A program made the translations under genes and the position numbers. Shown one piece after another: positions 55,290 through 64,000 of a stretch of 64,000 bases of DNA (position 1 is its first letter; the number at the start of each line of letters is the position of its first letter). The notes below the pieces were generated by a model. The model was not told the DNA's origin, searched no databases, and was given only the letters and a program-made list of their open reading frames with translations. The stretch comes from Candidatus Falkowbacteria bacterium (GTDB lineage: Bacteria; Patescibacteriota; Patescibacteriia; CAIXNZ01), in assembly GCA_016927685.1 (NCBI GenBank), contig JAFGMD010000012.1, forward strand, positions 23,866 to 87,865. The letters run 5' to 3'.

Positions 55290-56276
55290 ATGGACAATGC
55301 ACCAAAAATTAATTTAGTAAAAATTATCAAAAAGATTGTTTTGATTATACTGGTGATTATCGGCGTCTTAGCCGTGATCTATTTTCTTTTACATGCTGTT
55401 ATTAGTTGGCGAAACAGAAATTCTTATTATTCAATAGAAAGCCCCGTTGCCCTTCCCTCCTCTGGCATTGATTTTGGTATTGGGATGACTGCTCTTGACG
55501 TAAGAACCAAAGAATCAACTCAATCTTATGAGATGGCCGCACCTATTCCAGCCATGGCACCGAGTGCCGGTAATGCTGGCATGACAGAGCAAAAAATAAT
55601 TAAAACAGCCAATTTAGCTATTACTGTTGATGATGTTGAGAAAACAGCCGCCCAAATCACCAATGACGCAATATTATTAAATGGTTTTGTACAGAATTCA
55701 ACGATTACCGAGGACAGAAAGGGTCAAAAATTTGCCAACCTTATTTTGCGGGTTCCTGTTTCTGGTTTTGACAATTTGATTAGTAAAATTAAATCTTTAG
55801 CAAAATTAGTTGAGCGCGAAAATATTAGCGGCAAAGAAGTCACGGAAGAATATGTTGATTTGCAAGCCGACCTATCCCATAACCTAGCAGTGGAAGCGCA
55901 ATATCTGGAATTATTAAAACGCGCTCAAAAAGTTGAAGAAATAATAGCAGTTCGCGAAAAACTTGACCAAGTTCAAGGAGAAATTGAACGAATTAAAGGA
56001 CGTGTCAGATATTTAGACAATCAAACAGAAATGTCTACTATTGCCGTAAGTATTTCCAGCGAGGCGCAAATTAATATTCCGGCTGAAAAATGGCAACCTT
56101 ATGTCATTTTAAAACAAGCCATCCAAAATTTAATTGTTAGTTTGCAGGGTTTTGTTAATTTTATAATCGTTGCTTTCTTCTGGCTTATAAGTATAATTCC
56201 TTACCTGCTCGTTCTTGGCTTAATTTACATAATTGCCAGATGGATATATAAAAGAGTAAGAAAACCTAAGATATAA
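55290..56276 (+). CDS. membrane protein with N- and C-terminal TM helices flanking a coiled-coil extracytoplasmic region
   Basis: ORF. Extended -10 tgcTATAAT upstream. Confidence 0.5.
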   Translation: MDNAPKINLVKIIKKIVLIILVIIGVLAVIYFLLHAVISWRNRNSYYSIESPVALPSSGIDFGIGMTALDVRTKESTQSYEMAAPIPAMAPSAGNAGMTEQKIIKTANLAITVDDVEKTAAQITNDAILLNGFVQNSTITEDRKGQKFANLILRVPVSGFDNLISKIKSLAKLVERENISGKEVTEEYVDLQADLSHNLAVEAQYLELLKRAQKVEEIIAVREKLDQVQGEIERIKGRVRYLDNQTEMSTIAVSISSEAQINIPAEKWQPYVILKQAIQNLIVSLQGFVNFIIVAFFWLISIIPYLLVLGLIYIIARWIYKRVRKPKI

Positions 56277-56327
56277 TGAGTAAAAAACGCCTCGGCTAAA
56301 ACGAGGCGTTTTTATTATACAAATGAA

Positions 56328-56777
56328 TTATTTTACTGAAGGTGGAGTAGAATTTATTTCTTCTCCTGGCAATGGCGGCATTTCTTGATTATCTGCAGAT
56401 CTTATCTGTATTGACTTTGCAGTAATGCTACCATCACTATTTGTCGTGCCAGTTACCGTAACATTTGTACCTACTATTAAATCTGTTTTGCTGCTATCAG
56501 TCATTTTGGATATCGCAGTAGAATCGCTCAATAAAATTATTTTTGAACCGCTTTCTTTCATTTTTAAAGTTACGCTATTATCGTCAATAGCAAGGATCTC
56601 ACCGCTAGTCATGCCATTATTCATTCGTATGCCTTGGCTATTCAATTGGCCGGGCCCTTGAGAAAAACCCAGATTTCTTTTATTTTGGGCGCACCTCATG
56701 CCGCCATAAAAAGATAATGCGCTAATAACTACAATTGCTATCACAAAAATGATAATTAGAGTGTGTTGTTTTTTCAT
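56328..56777 (-). CDS. small signal-anchored Ser/Thr-rich protein (149 aa)
   Basis: Last gene of the efflux operon. N-terminal TM helix. Confidence 0.5.
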   Translation of the reverse strand: MKKQHTLIIIFVIAIVVISALSFYGGMRCAQNKRNLGFSQGPGQLNSQGIRMNNGMTSGEILAIDDNSVTLKMKESGSKIILLSDSTAISKMTDSSKTDLIVGTNVTVTGTTNSDGSITAKSIQIRSADNQEMPPLPGEEINSTPPSVK

Positions 56778-56794
56778 TTTTTTATATTTAATAA

Positions 56795-58018
56795 TTATTC
56801 ATATCTTAATGCTTCAATTGGATTTAATTTTGAAGCTCTGACTGCCGGATAATAGCCAAAAATAATACCAATTGCAGCTGATACCCCAAAAGCTAAAATA
56901 ATAGAAGAAAAAGTCACTGTAGTGGTTGTCCAGCCAAAATAATTTACTCCATAAGAAACTATATAACCAATAAATATTCCCAGTAATCCTCCAATAAAAG
57001 TCAATGATACCGCTTCAATTAAAAACTCAATGCTTATATCTCTCCTTCTTGCGCCAATAGCTTTGCGCAAACCAATTTCTTTAGTTCTTTCAGTAACTGT
57101 TGTCAACATCATATTCATAATACCAATACCACCAACTAATAAAGAAATGCTGGCCACAGCACCTAAAAGTAATGTGAATGTCTTGGCCACGCTAGTAGCC
57201 GTTGAGGCAATATCGGCCTGATTCATAATGCTAAAATCAGCGTTTGCTGGATCAGATATTTTGTGTAAATCCAATAAAAGATTGGTGATGTCTTCTTGTA
57301 CAATGTCTAACGCATTAGCATTTATGGCCGAAGTATTTATTGTCGTTAGATATTCATTGCCCGTAAGATATTTCTGGGCAGTACTAAGGGGAATATATAT
57401 ACGGTCATCTTGGCTCCCCATACCTGAGCCCCCCTTTGCCTCTGTTATCCCTATTACTTTAAATTCTATTTTATTTATTTTTAAAATTTGCCCGACAGCA
57501 TCAACTTCTTCGCCAAAAATATCGTCCCTTGTTGTGGGGCCTAAAACAGCAACCCTTGATGACGATTGGAAATTTTGATCTGAAATAAAATCACCGCTTG
57601 CCATGGCTATGCTTTTCACAATAGTATATGATGAAGTGGTTCCTATAATTTGCGTATTTGTATTTTGGCCTTTGGCTGAAACTTGATAGCGCCCGCTAAC
57701 TTCAGGAGCAACGGCCAAAATATTCTCAATTTGAGACGCAACTGCTTCAGCATCAGTTAGCTTTAATGATTTTGCTGAACCTCTGCCAGAGCTTACCATT
57801 GTGCCAGGACCTCTTTGTACGCCGCTTGAAACAGTAATTAGGTTTGACCCAATAGAAGCAATATTTGACTCAATAGAACTTTGTGCTCCTTGCCCGATAG
57901 AAAGCATAACAATAACCGAACTGATGCCAATAATAATACCAAGTACTGTTAAACCCGATCTAGCCTTATTAGAAGACAGCGCTGTTTTAGTTTCTTCAAA
58001 AATATCGCTTAATTTCAT
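56795..58018 (-). CDS. ABC transporter permease, FtsX/MacB-like
   Basis: 4-TM FtsX-like topology with a large extracytoplasmic loop, 407 aa. Confidence 0.85.
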   Translation of the reverse strand: MKLSDIFEETKTALSSNKARSGLTVLGIIIGISSVIVMLSIGQGAQSSIESNIASIGSNLITVSSGVQRGPGTMVSSGRGSAKSLKLTDAEAVASQIENILAVAPEVSGRYQVSAKGQNTNTQIIGTTSSYTIVKSIAMASGDFISDQNFQSSSRVAVLGPTTRDDIFGEEVDAVGQILKINKIEFKVIGITEAKGGSGMGSQDDRIYIPLSTAQKYLTGNEYLTTINTSAINANALDIVQEDITNLLLDLHKISDPANADFSIMNQADIASTATSVAKTFTLLLGAVASISLLVGGIGIMNMMLTTVTERTKEIGLRKAIGARRRDISIEFLIEAVSLTFIGGLLGIFIGYIVSYGVNYFGWTTTTVTFSSIILAFGVSAAIGIIFGYYPAVRASKLNPIEALRYE

Positions 58019-58022
58019 AAAA

Positions 58023-58709
58023 TTATTTTTTATTTTTAGTATCGCTCACTACCCTTCCATCTTTAATAAATATGGTTCTGTCTGCATGTTTAGCCACTTC
58101 AGCTTCGTGAGTAATTATAATTATTGTCCTGCCGCCCTCTCTATTTAATTTTTCAAATGTATTTAGGACAACTTCCCCAGTTTTTGTATCAAGATTGCCA
58201 GTTGGCTCATCTGCTAATATAAGAGTTGGGTTATTTACTAATGCTCTGGCAATGGCTACGCGCTGTATTTGCCCGCCGGACAACTGATTAGAAAGATGTG
58301 TAAAAAATTCTTCATCAAGACCAGCTTCTTTTAATACTTTTTTTGCTCGCCTTTCACGCTCTTCCCTATTAATGCTTTCATACACTAAGGGCAAAACAAC
58401 ATTTCTCAATACAGTCGCTCTGGGCAATAAATTAAATGATTGAAATACGAAACCAATTTTTTGCTTACGAATATCTGCCAATTGATCCTCGCTTAATTTA
58501 GATACATCTTTTCTATCTAAAAAATATATTCCGCTAGTCGGCGTATCTAATGCCCCTAAAATATGCATTAGCGTAGATTTGCCAGAACCAGATGGTCCCA
58601 TAATAGCTACAAATTCTCCGTCTTCAATTTTAAAACTTACCTCGTGCAATGCCTGATACTCTGTAGCGCCTGTTTTATAAATCTTAGTAATATCCTTAAT
58701 TTCAATCAT
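58023..58709 (-). CDS. ABC transporter ATP-binding protein (MacB/LolD-type)
   Basis: Walker [10 protein letters not shown], signature LSGGQIQR and Walker [12 protein letters not shown]. Confidence 0.9.
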   Translation of the reverse strand: MIEIKDITKIYKTGATEYQALHEVSFKIEDGEFVAIMGPSGSGKSTLMHILGALDTPTSGIYFLDRKDVSKLSEDQLADIRKQKIGFVFQSFNLLPRATVLRNVVLPLVYESINREERERRAKKVLKEAGLDEEFFTHLSNQLSGGQIQRVAIARALVNNPTLILADEPTGNLDTKTGEVVLNTFEKLNREGGRTIIIITHEAEVAKHADRTIFIKDGRVVSDTKNKK

Positions 58710-58715
58710 ATTTTT

Positions 58716-60518
58716 TTATCTTATCATCATTGCTCCGTTGGGAGGTCCGTCATTTCCGCCGAATATACTACCTGAAGAATTAGATGACTTATTTATTGAA
58801 GAGCTAGAGCTACTTGAAGAAGAGCTGGTAATTGTTTTGACTACTATGATATCACCCTCTGTTAGGCCAGAAGTAATTTCAATATTGGTATCATCAGATA
58901 GACCAATTTCCACTTGAACTTGGCTTGGCTTTTCTGCCGAATTAACGCCTTGTGCGGTAGTATCTGTATATTGTTCACTTAATTTTAAAACATAATTTAT
59001 ATCATTATTTGATTTAACTGCTGAGCTTGGCACAGCCAATACATCTTGATGAGTTTGCGTAATAATAGCTGCTGAAACGCTCATGCCGGGCTTAATTCTT
59101 TCATCTTGAGTATCAAAATTTATTTTAACATCATAAGAGACGACTCCGGAACTTACTGTACCAAGTGTATCCACCTCAACTACTTCACCGGTTATTGTCA
59201 AGTCTTCTGCTGCATCAAATGTTAAAGTAGCTTTTTGACCAACTTTAACTTGAGCGACATCAACTTCGTTTAGAGATATTTCCGCAATTCTCTGCTTGGT
59301 TATTAGGGTAGCTAAGGCGCTACCCGAACTTGCTATATCGCCCTTTTTTACATCAACACTTGCGATAATCCCATCAAACGTTGCCCTAATAGTATAGTCG
59401 GCTAATTTCCCCCAAGCATCCGTTAGGGCAATCTCTTTTTGTTTAATAGATAATTCTTGCGTTTTAATATCAAGCGGATCAGCTCCTGCCTTTAAATTTT
59501 CTAATGAACCCTCTTTCTCGGCAATAGTCCGCTCTGAAGATGTAATACTGGCCCTTGAGTTTTGTATTGTATTTTTTATTGATAACAAATTTGAAACAAA
59601 ATTATTAATCGTACCAGTATAGCCATTAAGAGTCGATAAATGAGCTGTTGATTGCGCAACTGGCTGTAAATTATTTTCTTTGGTTTTATCAATATAAAAT
59701 TGTATGAAATTATTGGCGTTTTTTATGGCTTCAGCAATATTTTTGGAGGTGATATATGTTTCATCTATTAATTTTTCAATTGTTTCACTATCAGAAAATC
59801 TGCTAGTCGCTTTGTAATCAATAAAATTTTGGTCATATTGTCTTCTGGCCAATTCATAAGATGACTCCGCGCTTTCCTGATAAGTATATATGGCCGCTTG
59901 ATTCAAATTTAAAGAGTTAGCATAATAATCAACATTCCACTGATTGCTGTTAATATTACTTCCGTAAAGTATTTCGTAAAGAGCGGAAATAATAGTTGGC
60001 AAATCTAAAAATGCATCGGCTACTGCGTTGAATCCGTCTTCATAGGCCTTAGCTAAATTCTCTTCAGCATTTGCTTTAGATTCTTTAGCACTAATTATGG
60101 AATTTTCTGCTTGTAATAAAGATAATGGATCTGCGGCTTGCTGTAATTTTTCTAAAGATAATTTTGCGCTTTCTAGGGCTGATTCTGCGTCCCTAACAGA
60201 TTTATAAGCATCGCTAGAATCAATTTTAGCAATTAAAACGCCGGACTTTACTTCTTGCCCTACGACAACTGGCAAGGAGGTAATTTTCCCTGATACTATT
60301 GGTTTTATATCTAATTGATTGGCGGCAGAAACTTGGCCAGTACCCGAAACTGTTACTATTATTGTTCCTTTTTCAACAGAGCCAAGCACATAACGCGTTT
60401 CCTGGATAGAACTATGAGCTGCTTTATATGCCCAAACGCTTCCGCCGACCAAAATGAAAATAATAACGCTGGTAATTATTTTATGCTTTATTATAAGGTC
60501 CAAAATTTTTTTTAGCAT
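58716..60518 (-). CDS. HlyD/MacA-family periplasmic adaptor with long coiled coil and C-terminal poly-Ser tract
   Basis: N-terminal TM, coiled-coil hairpin, beta-barrel/lipoyl-like segments, and a C-terminal SSSSSSSSSS tract. Confidence 0.75.
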   Translation of the reverse strand: MLKKILDLIIKHKIITSVIIFILVGGSVWAYKAAHSSIQETRYVLGSVEKGTIIVTVSGTGQVSAANQLDIKPIVSGKITSLPVVVGQEVKSGVLIAKIDSSDAYKSVRDAESALESAKLSLEKLQQAADPLSLLQAENSIISAKESKANAEENLAKAYEDGFNAVADAFLDLPTIISALYEILYGSNINSNQWNVDYYANSLNLNQAAIYTYQESAESSYELARRQYDQNFIDYKATSRFSDSETIEKLIDETYITSKNIAEAIKNANNFIQFYIDKTKENNLQPVAQSTAHLSTLNGYTGTINNFVSNLLSIKNTIQNSRASITSSERTIAEKEGSLENLKAGADPLDIKTQELSIKQKEIALTDAWGKLADYTIRATFDGIIASVDVKKGDIASSGSALATLITKQRIAEISLNEVDVAQVKVGQKATLTFDAAEDLTITGEVVEVDTLGTVSSGVVSYDVKINFDTQDERIKPGMSVSAAIITQTHQDVLAVPSSAVKSNNDINYVLKLSEQYTDTTAQGVNSAEKPSQVQVEIGLSDDTNIEITSGLTEGDIIVVKTITSSSSSSSSSSINKSSNSSGSIFGGNDGPPNGAMMIR

Positions 60519-60537
60519 ATTTTTAGAATATTTATAA

Positions 60538-61083
60538 TTAAAATGCTGGGAAAGAATTGGGTATTATAGGCCGATTATTTGGAAAATTATTATTTTGTGG
60601 TGGGGGTGGCAATATTCTTATTAATTTTGCTTCTATTTGGCCTGTCTCATTTGGTTCTCCTATAATGACCAAATAATCCTCAACTTTTAATTCAGATAAT
60701 TCTACGGCATCCTTAAAATGCCTAATTATTGTGTCGTTGTTTAAATTAACAACTTTTTCTGAATTATCAATGCTATTGATAATCAGAGATTTTCCTTCTA
60801 TTTTAAGTATTTGTCCAAAAACGCCATGAGATTGAATAAAGTCATCGTTTCTAAAATCTCCCACAAAACCCTGCCTTGGTCCCGCAAAATTTCTATGATA
60901 ATTATCTCCCCAATTATGAGAGAATCCAGCCTTTCTAAAACCGACATTCATGCCTATATTAAAAACCAGCAATAAAATAATTAGGCCACCAACAATAGAG
61001 GTAAAAATAATAAATGATTTATTTGTATAAAATTTTTTTTCTGTATTTTCTTTATTTTTATTTATTACATTATTTTCTTCCAT
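60538..61083 (-). CDS. membrane-anchored hypothetical protein (181 aa), Pro/Asn-rich C-terminus
   Basis: ORF. TM at aa ~24-45. Confidence 0.45.
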   Translation of the reverse strand: MEENNVINKNKENTEKKFYTNKSFIIFTSIVGGLIILLLVFNIGMNVGFRKAGFSHNWGDNYHRNFAGPRQGFVGDFRNDDFIQSHGVFGQILKIEGKSLIINSIDNSEKVVNLNNDTIIRHFKDAVELSELKVEDYLVIIGEPNETGQIEAKLIRILPPPPQNNNFPNNRPIIPNSFPAF

Positions 61084-61092
61084 ATTAATTTT

Positions 61093-61494
61093 TTAATTAA
61101 TTAACTTATGTCTATTAATAATAATTTTAAAATCAAAGAATAAAATATAAATAGACTCAAATATCACAAAAATAGTTCCAAAAAATAAGAGCAAGCTGAA
61201 TATTGGTAACGTTTCCAATAATACAAATATAAAATTTTGCCAATATATTTTAATAATCTCAAAATCAGAGAATATTAATGATAAAAATTTAATAAAACCA
61301 GATTGTGAAAAATCTACATATAGCATTTTTAGGACTGGCGCAAAGGCAACCAATGAAATGGTTAAACAAATAGAAAAAATGGCTAATCTTAATTTAAGAG
61401 CAAAAAAATTTTGTTCTTTCTTTAAGCGCTCAGTAATATTATTAAAAAGTTCTTTTGGCGGTTCAATTGGCTTAAAATTTGATAAATTATTCAT
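61093..61494 (-). CDS. multi-TM membrane protein downstream of ECF sigma (possible anti-sigma factor; no Zn-binding ASD motif)
   Basis: ORF with no obvious SD. Position after the sigma gene suggests an anti-sigma role. Confidence 0.35.
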   Translation of the reverse strand: MNNLSNFKPIEPPKELFNNITERLKKEQNFFALKLRLAIFSICLTISLVAFAPVLKMLYVDFSQSGFIKFLSLIFSDFEIIKIYWQNFIFVLLETLPIFSLLLFFGTIFVIFESIYILFFDFKIIINRHKLIN

Positions 61495-61526
61495 AATCTT
61501 ATTTATTAACCCCTTATTAATAAATA

Positions 61527-61561
61527 CGAAAAAAAGATGCCTTTTGGTGCATCTTTTTTAT
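61527..61561. terminator. intrinsic terminator between sigma factor gene and downstream genes
   Basis: aaaaaagatgc cttttggt gcatctttttt. Confidence 0.65.
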
Positions 61562-61568
61562 ATTAATT

Positions 61569-62129
61569 CTATGTTTTTTGGTAGATTTTCTTAAGCATTA
61601 TAACGCCCCGGCGGTATCGACTTTTCACGGTATTTAGGGGCTCATTTAATCTCTTAGATATTTCCGAAAAAGACAAATCAAATCTATATCTTAAATTAAT
61701 TACTTTCCTATATTTTAAAGGAAGAAGTCCAAGCTTGGTGTCAAGATTGCGTTTTGTTTCTGCTTGTTCACATAACTTATCGGGTAATGGAGACCGGTCA
61801 ATAAGTGAATCGAAAAATATTTTCTCTTCTTCTTCTGTATACGCAGAGAATGGCACATTCTTTTTCTTTTTTAAAAAATCCAGTGCTGTATTTTTGGTAA
61901 TTGCAAATAACCAGGTACTAAAACTTTTTGCTTGGTCAAATTTCTGTAGATTCTTCCAAATTTTTACAAAAACTTCTTGTGTAATATCCTCAGCATCCGC
62001 TTCATTACTGGTATAATAATAGCAAAAATTAAAAATCGGCTTGAGATATTTTTTTATAAGTATCTCTAATGATTTTTTATCACCAGCCAAATATCGTGCG
62101 ACTAAATTTTCATCTGTTATTTTTGGCAT
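61569..62129 (-). CDS. RNA polymerase sigma-70 family, ECF subfamily
   Basis: Region 2 (DAEDITQEVFVKIWKN) and region 4 HTH (FSEISKRLNEPLNTVKSRYRRG), 186 aa. Confidence 0.85.
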   Translation of the reverse strand: MPKITDENLVARYLAGDKKSLEILIKKYLKPIFNFCYYYTSNEADAEDITQEVFVKIWKNLQKFDQAKSFSTWLFAITKNTALDFLKKKKNVPFSAYTEEEEKIFFDSLIDRSPLPDKLCEQAETKRNLDTKLGLLPLKYRKVINLRYRFDLSFSEISKRLNEPLNTVKSRYRRGVIMLKKIYQKT

Positions 62130-62134
62130 AATTA

Positions 62135-62207
62135 TGGACCGGACAGGACTTGAACCCGCTACCTCCTCGGTGCAAACGAGGCGCTCTACCAGGTGAGCTA
62201 CCGGCCC
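62135..62207 (-). tRNA. tRNA-Ala (UGC) with G3:U70 identity pair
   Basis: Minus strand gggccggtagctcacctggtagagcgcctcgtTTGCAccgagg...ccggtcc. 6 nt upstream of the sigma-factor ATG. No encoded CCA. Confidence 0.8.
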
Positions 62208-62270
62208 TTGCCCGCCAAGTGCGGGATTCGCCTACATTCCAAATAAAAAAAGTTCTTACGAACTAAAAAT

Positions 62271-62299
62271 AGTATATCAAATAAAATTTTTATTGTCAA
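62271..62299 (-). promoter_or_regulatory. consensus sigma70 promoter (TTGACA-N17-TATACT) driving tRNA-Ala and the ECF sigma gene
   Basis: Minus strand TTGACAataaaaattttatttgaTATACT. Confidence 0.55.
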
Positions 62300-62544
62300 T
62301 AATAATCATAAAAAAAATTTTTAAAAAAAATTTAAAAGTTATCCACAGTTTTTAGCATAAAATCATTTAATAACTTGCTAATAAGTATTATAATTAAGAT
62401 ATAAAATAATTGCCTAAAAATTAACTTTAAAGAAATGGCAAAGAAAAGAAAAGCAGCTAAAAAAGGAAAAAAGAAAGCTGCAAAAAAGAAAAAGAAAGCT
62501 GCTAAAAAACGCAGAAGATAAATGCTTAACCAATAAGCAACAAT

Positions 62545-62580
62545 AAAACCCTTTTAATCATAGAAGGGTTTTATTGTTTT
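62545..62580. terminator. bidirectional terminator (aaaaccctt ... aagggtttt)
   Basis: Stem-loop with flanking A/T runs. Confidence 0.65.
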
Positions 62581-62584
62581 AATA

Positions 62585-63832
62585 TTATATTAAACTTGCT
62601 TGCTGAAATTTTTTTCTTTCTTTGCCATTAAAAATTTTTACGATACCATATATACCATCATAACCCGGCTCAATAAATAATTTACCTTCACGAACTCTTT
62701 TAATACCCTCAACAACTTCGCCTTGACCAATTTTTTTTAATTCCTCAATGCTTAAATCAAGAAGTACAGCAAATTCATTTTTACCTTTTTTAATCATACT
62801 AAAATATTCCTCCTGAACTTTCTTTGAATTTTTTCCCAAATCAAAAGCCTCGGCAATTATTTCTGACAAAGGCACAATGTTTTTGTAAGGAATATGATTA
62901 TCAAGTTCTCCCACTTCTCGATCGGCCAAATCATCAACTCGATGTAATACACCAATGGTTAAGGGTTTTTTACAGACCGGACACAAACCTTTATTCTTTT
63001 TTGTTTCCTTCGGTTCCAAAGATACATTACATGTCGCATGACCATCAATATGATATTTGCCTTCTTCGGGATGAAATTCAATTGTGAATAAAAATTTCTT
63101 CTTATCCTTATTTTTTAAAGTATTATAAATTTCATCATAAGAACTTTCTGCAAAATCAAAAACATTTGCTTCGCGACCAAGATTTGGCAATGAGTGCGCA
63201 TCAGAATTAGAAACCAAAGTAATTTTATCCAAAGCTGATAAACGCCAATTCATGGGCGGGTCAGAGGAAAGGCCAGTTTCAATGGCGAAAATATTTTTTG
63301 CATATTCTCCAAAGCATTCTTCAATAGTGTCAAAGCCAGATTTGGAACCAAAGATAGAAAACCAAGGTGTCCAGGCATGCGCTGGAATAATCAGCGCTTT
63401 CTTATTTATATCCAAACAAATTTTTGTCAGTTCAATTGCTGACATGCCCAAAATTGGCCTACCATCTGATTTCAAATTGTATCCACCTTTTTCCAGGTAA
63501 TCGTTAAATTTCTCAACATCAGAAATCTCTGGGAAAAAAATATTTATATGTATTCTGCGGCATTTATCGCCCTGTTTATAAATGCAAGAAATTTCCGTGC
63601 CTAAGATAAATTTTACTTTGCCATTACCACTTCTAAGTTGGTGTAAGCCATTCGCCATTGGCACTAAGCCATTTGCTATTTCTTTAAACCAAGCCGGATG
63701 AGTAAAATCGCCAGTAGCCACAATATCAATACCCTTGATTTGGCACCACTTATCAATATTTTCCAATGTCAAATCCTGCGAGCAAGCCCGCGAATATTTG
63801 GAATGAATATGTAAATCGGCGATCTGGCGCAT
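62585..63832 (-). CDS. PHP-domain protein, EndoQ-like endonuclease family (TIGR00375-like)
   Basis: N-terminal DLHIHSKYSRACS PHP motif with IVATGDFTHP, and a CPVCKK zinc-finger-like element. Confidence 0.55.
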   Translation of the reverse strand: MRQIADLHIHSKYSRACSQDLTLENIDKWCQIKGIDIVATGDFTHPAWFKEIANGLVPMANGLHQLRSGNGKVKFILGTEISCIYKQGDKCRRIHINIFFPEISDVEKFNDYLEKGGYNLKSDGRPILGMSAIELTKICLDINKKALIIPAHAWTPWFSIFGSKSGFDTIEECFGEYAKNIFAIETGLSSDPPMNWRLSALDKITLVSNSDAHSLPNLGREANVFDFAESSYDEIYNTLKNKDKKKFLFTIEFHPEEGKYHIDGHATCNVSLEPKETKKNKGLCPVCKKPLTIGVLHRVDDLADREVGELDNHIPYKNIVPLSEIIAEAFDLGKNSKKVQEEYFSMIKKGKNEFAVLLDLSIEELKKIGQGEVVEGIKRVREGKLFIEPGYDGIYGIVKIFNGKERKKFQQASLI

Positions 63833-63835
63833 ATA

Positions 63836-64000
63836 TTATTTAAAAACTTTTTTAATTGCTTCGTATTGTTCTTTGACTAATTCTCTCGCCTCTGGAATTA
63901 ATTTATTCCAGCTGCGCTCCATTTTAGCCAAGGCCCAGTTCAGGCCTGGTTGATAATCTAAGCCATGAACTTTCCAGGCCAAATACAACAAGGCCGAAAA
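63836..64000 (-). CDS. hypothetical protein, C-terminal fragment (N-terminus beyond window end)
   Basis: Open frame ending ...WNKLIPEARELVKEQYEAIKKVFK*. Confidence 0.4.
   Translation of the reverse strand, partial: FSALLYLAWKVHGLDYQPGLNWALAKMERSWNKLIPEARELVKEQYEAIKKVFK

Noticed and set aside
1-64000. CRISPR arrays, integrases, transposases and restriction-modification genes.
   Set aside because: No regularly spaced direct repeats of 25-40 nt, and no recombinase, transposase or methyltransferase signatures found by reading both strands.

Overview
This 64 kb window is AT-rich (about 30% GC by eye) and gene-dense. Compact genes, eukaryote-like type-2 IleRS, tRNAs without encoded CCA and a CCA-adding enzyme all fit a CPR/Patescibacteria-type bacterium. 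The housekeeping backbone is mostly translation and RNA metabolism:
- argS (partial), tyrS, valS, trpS, ileS.
- tRNA-Ile(UAU), tRNA-Val(GAC), tRNA-Ala(UGC).
- queA, cca, rluD-like, gmk, rplS, rnpB RNA, RNase J.
- uvrA, ruvA.
- a porGDAB pyruvate:ferredoxin oxidoreductase operon, dsbA-like, secG.
- a peptide-binding ABC substrate-binding protein, FemAB, U32 peptidase, and an EndoQ-like PHP protein.

Accessory content:
1. An ~8.5 kb GC-rich island (29.2-37.8 kb) of five promoter-gene-terminator cassettes. They encode membrane or lipid-anchored Cys-rich (CGxGxC...NCPxDC) secreted proteins and a 1,200-aa lipoprotein with 11 tandem Ig-like repeats plus Ca-binding Asp repeats. The cassettes share promoter and leader blocks and have paralogous termini. 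I read this as a candidate acquired cell-surface or adhesion module.
2. A smaller GC-shifted two-gene island (16.2-17.65 kb) whose promoter-proximal gene has a ~120-nt GC-rich structured leader with a 10-codon uORF.
3. A surface-glycan locus: a WbaP-like priming transferase, three GT4 enzymes and two large membrane-anchored extracellular proteins.
4. A tRNA-Ala - ECF sigma - membrane protein - HlyD/ABC/FtsX (MacAB-like) operon.
5. An operon of four small overlapping membrane-protein genes divergent from a TrmB-family regulator.
6. An unannotated 52-aa Cys4 small ORF with its own promoter, SD and terminator.
7. Recurrent tandem heptamer repeats in 5' leaders, and an ~87-nt near-perfect hairpin after cca.

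No CRISPR array, integrase or transposase was seen.
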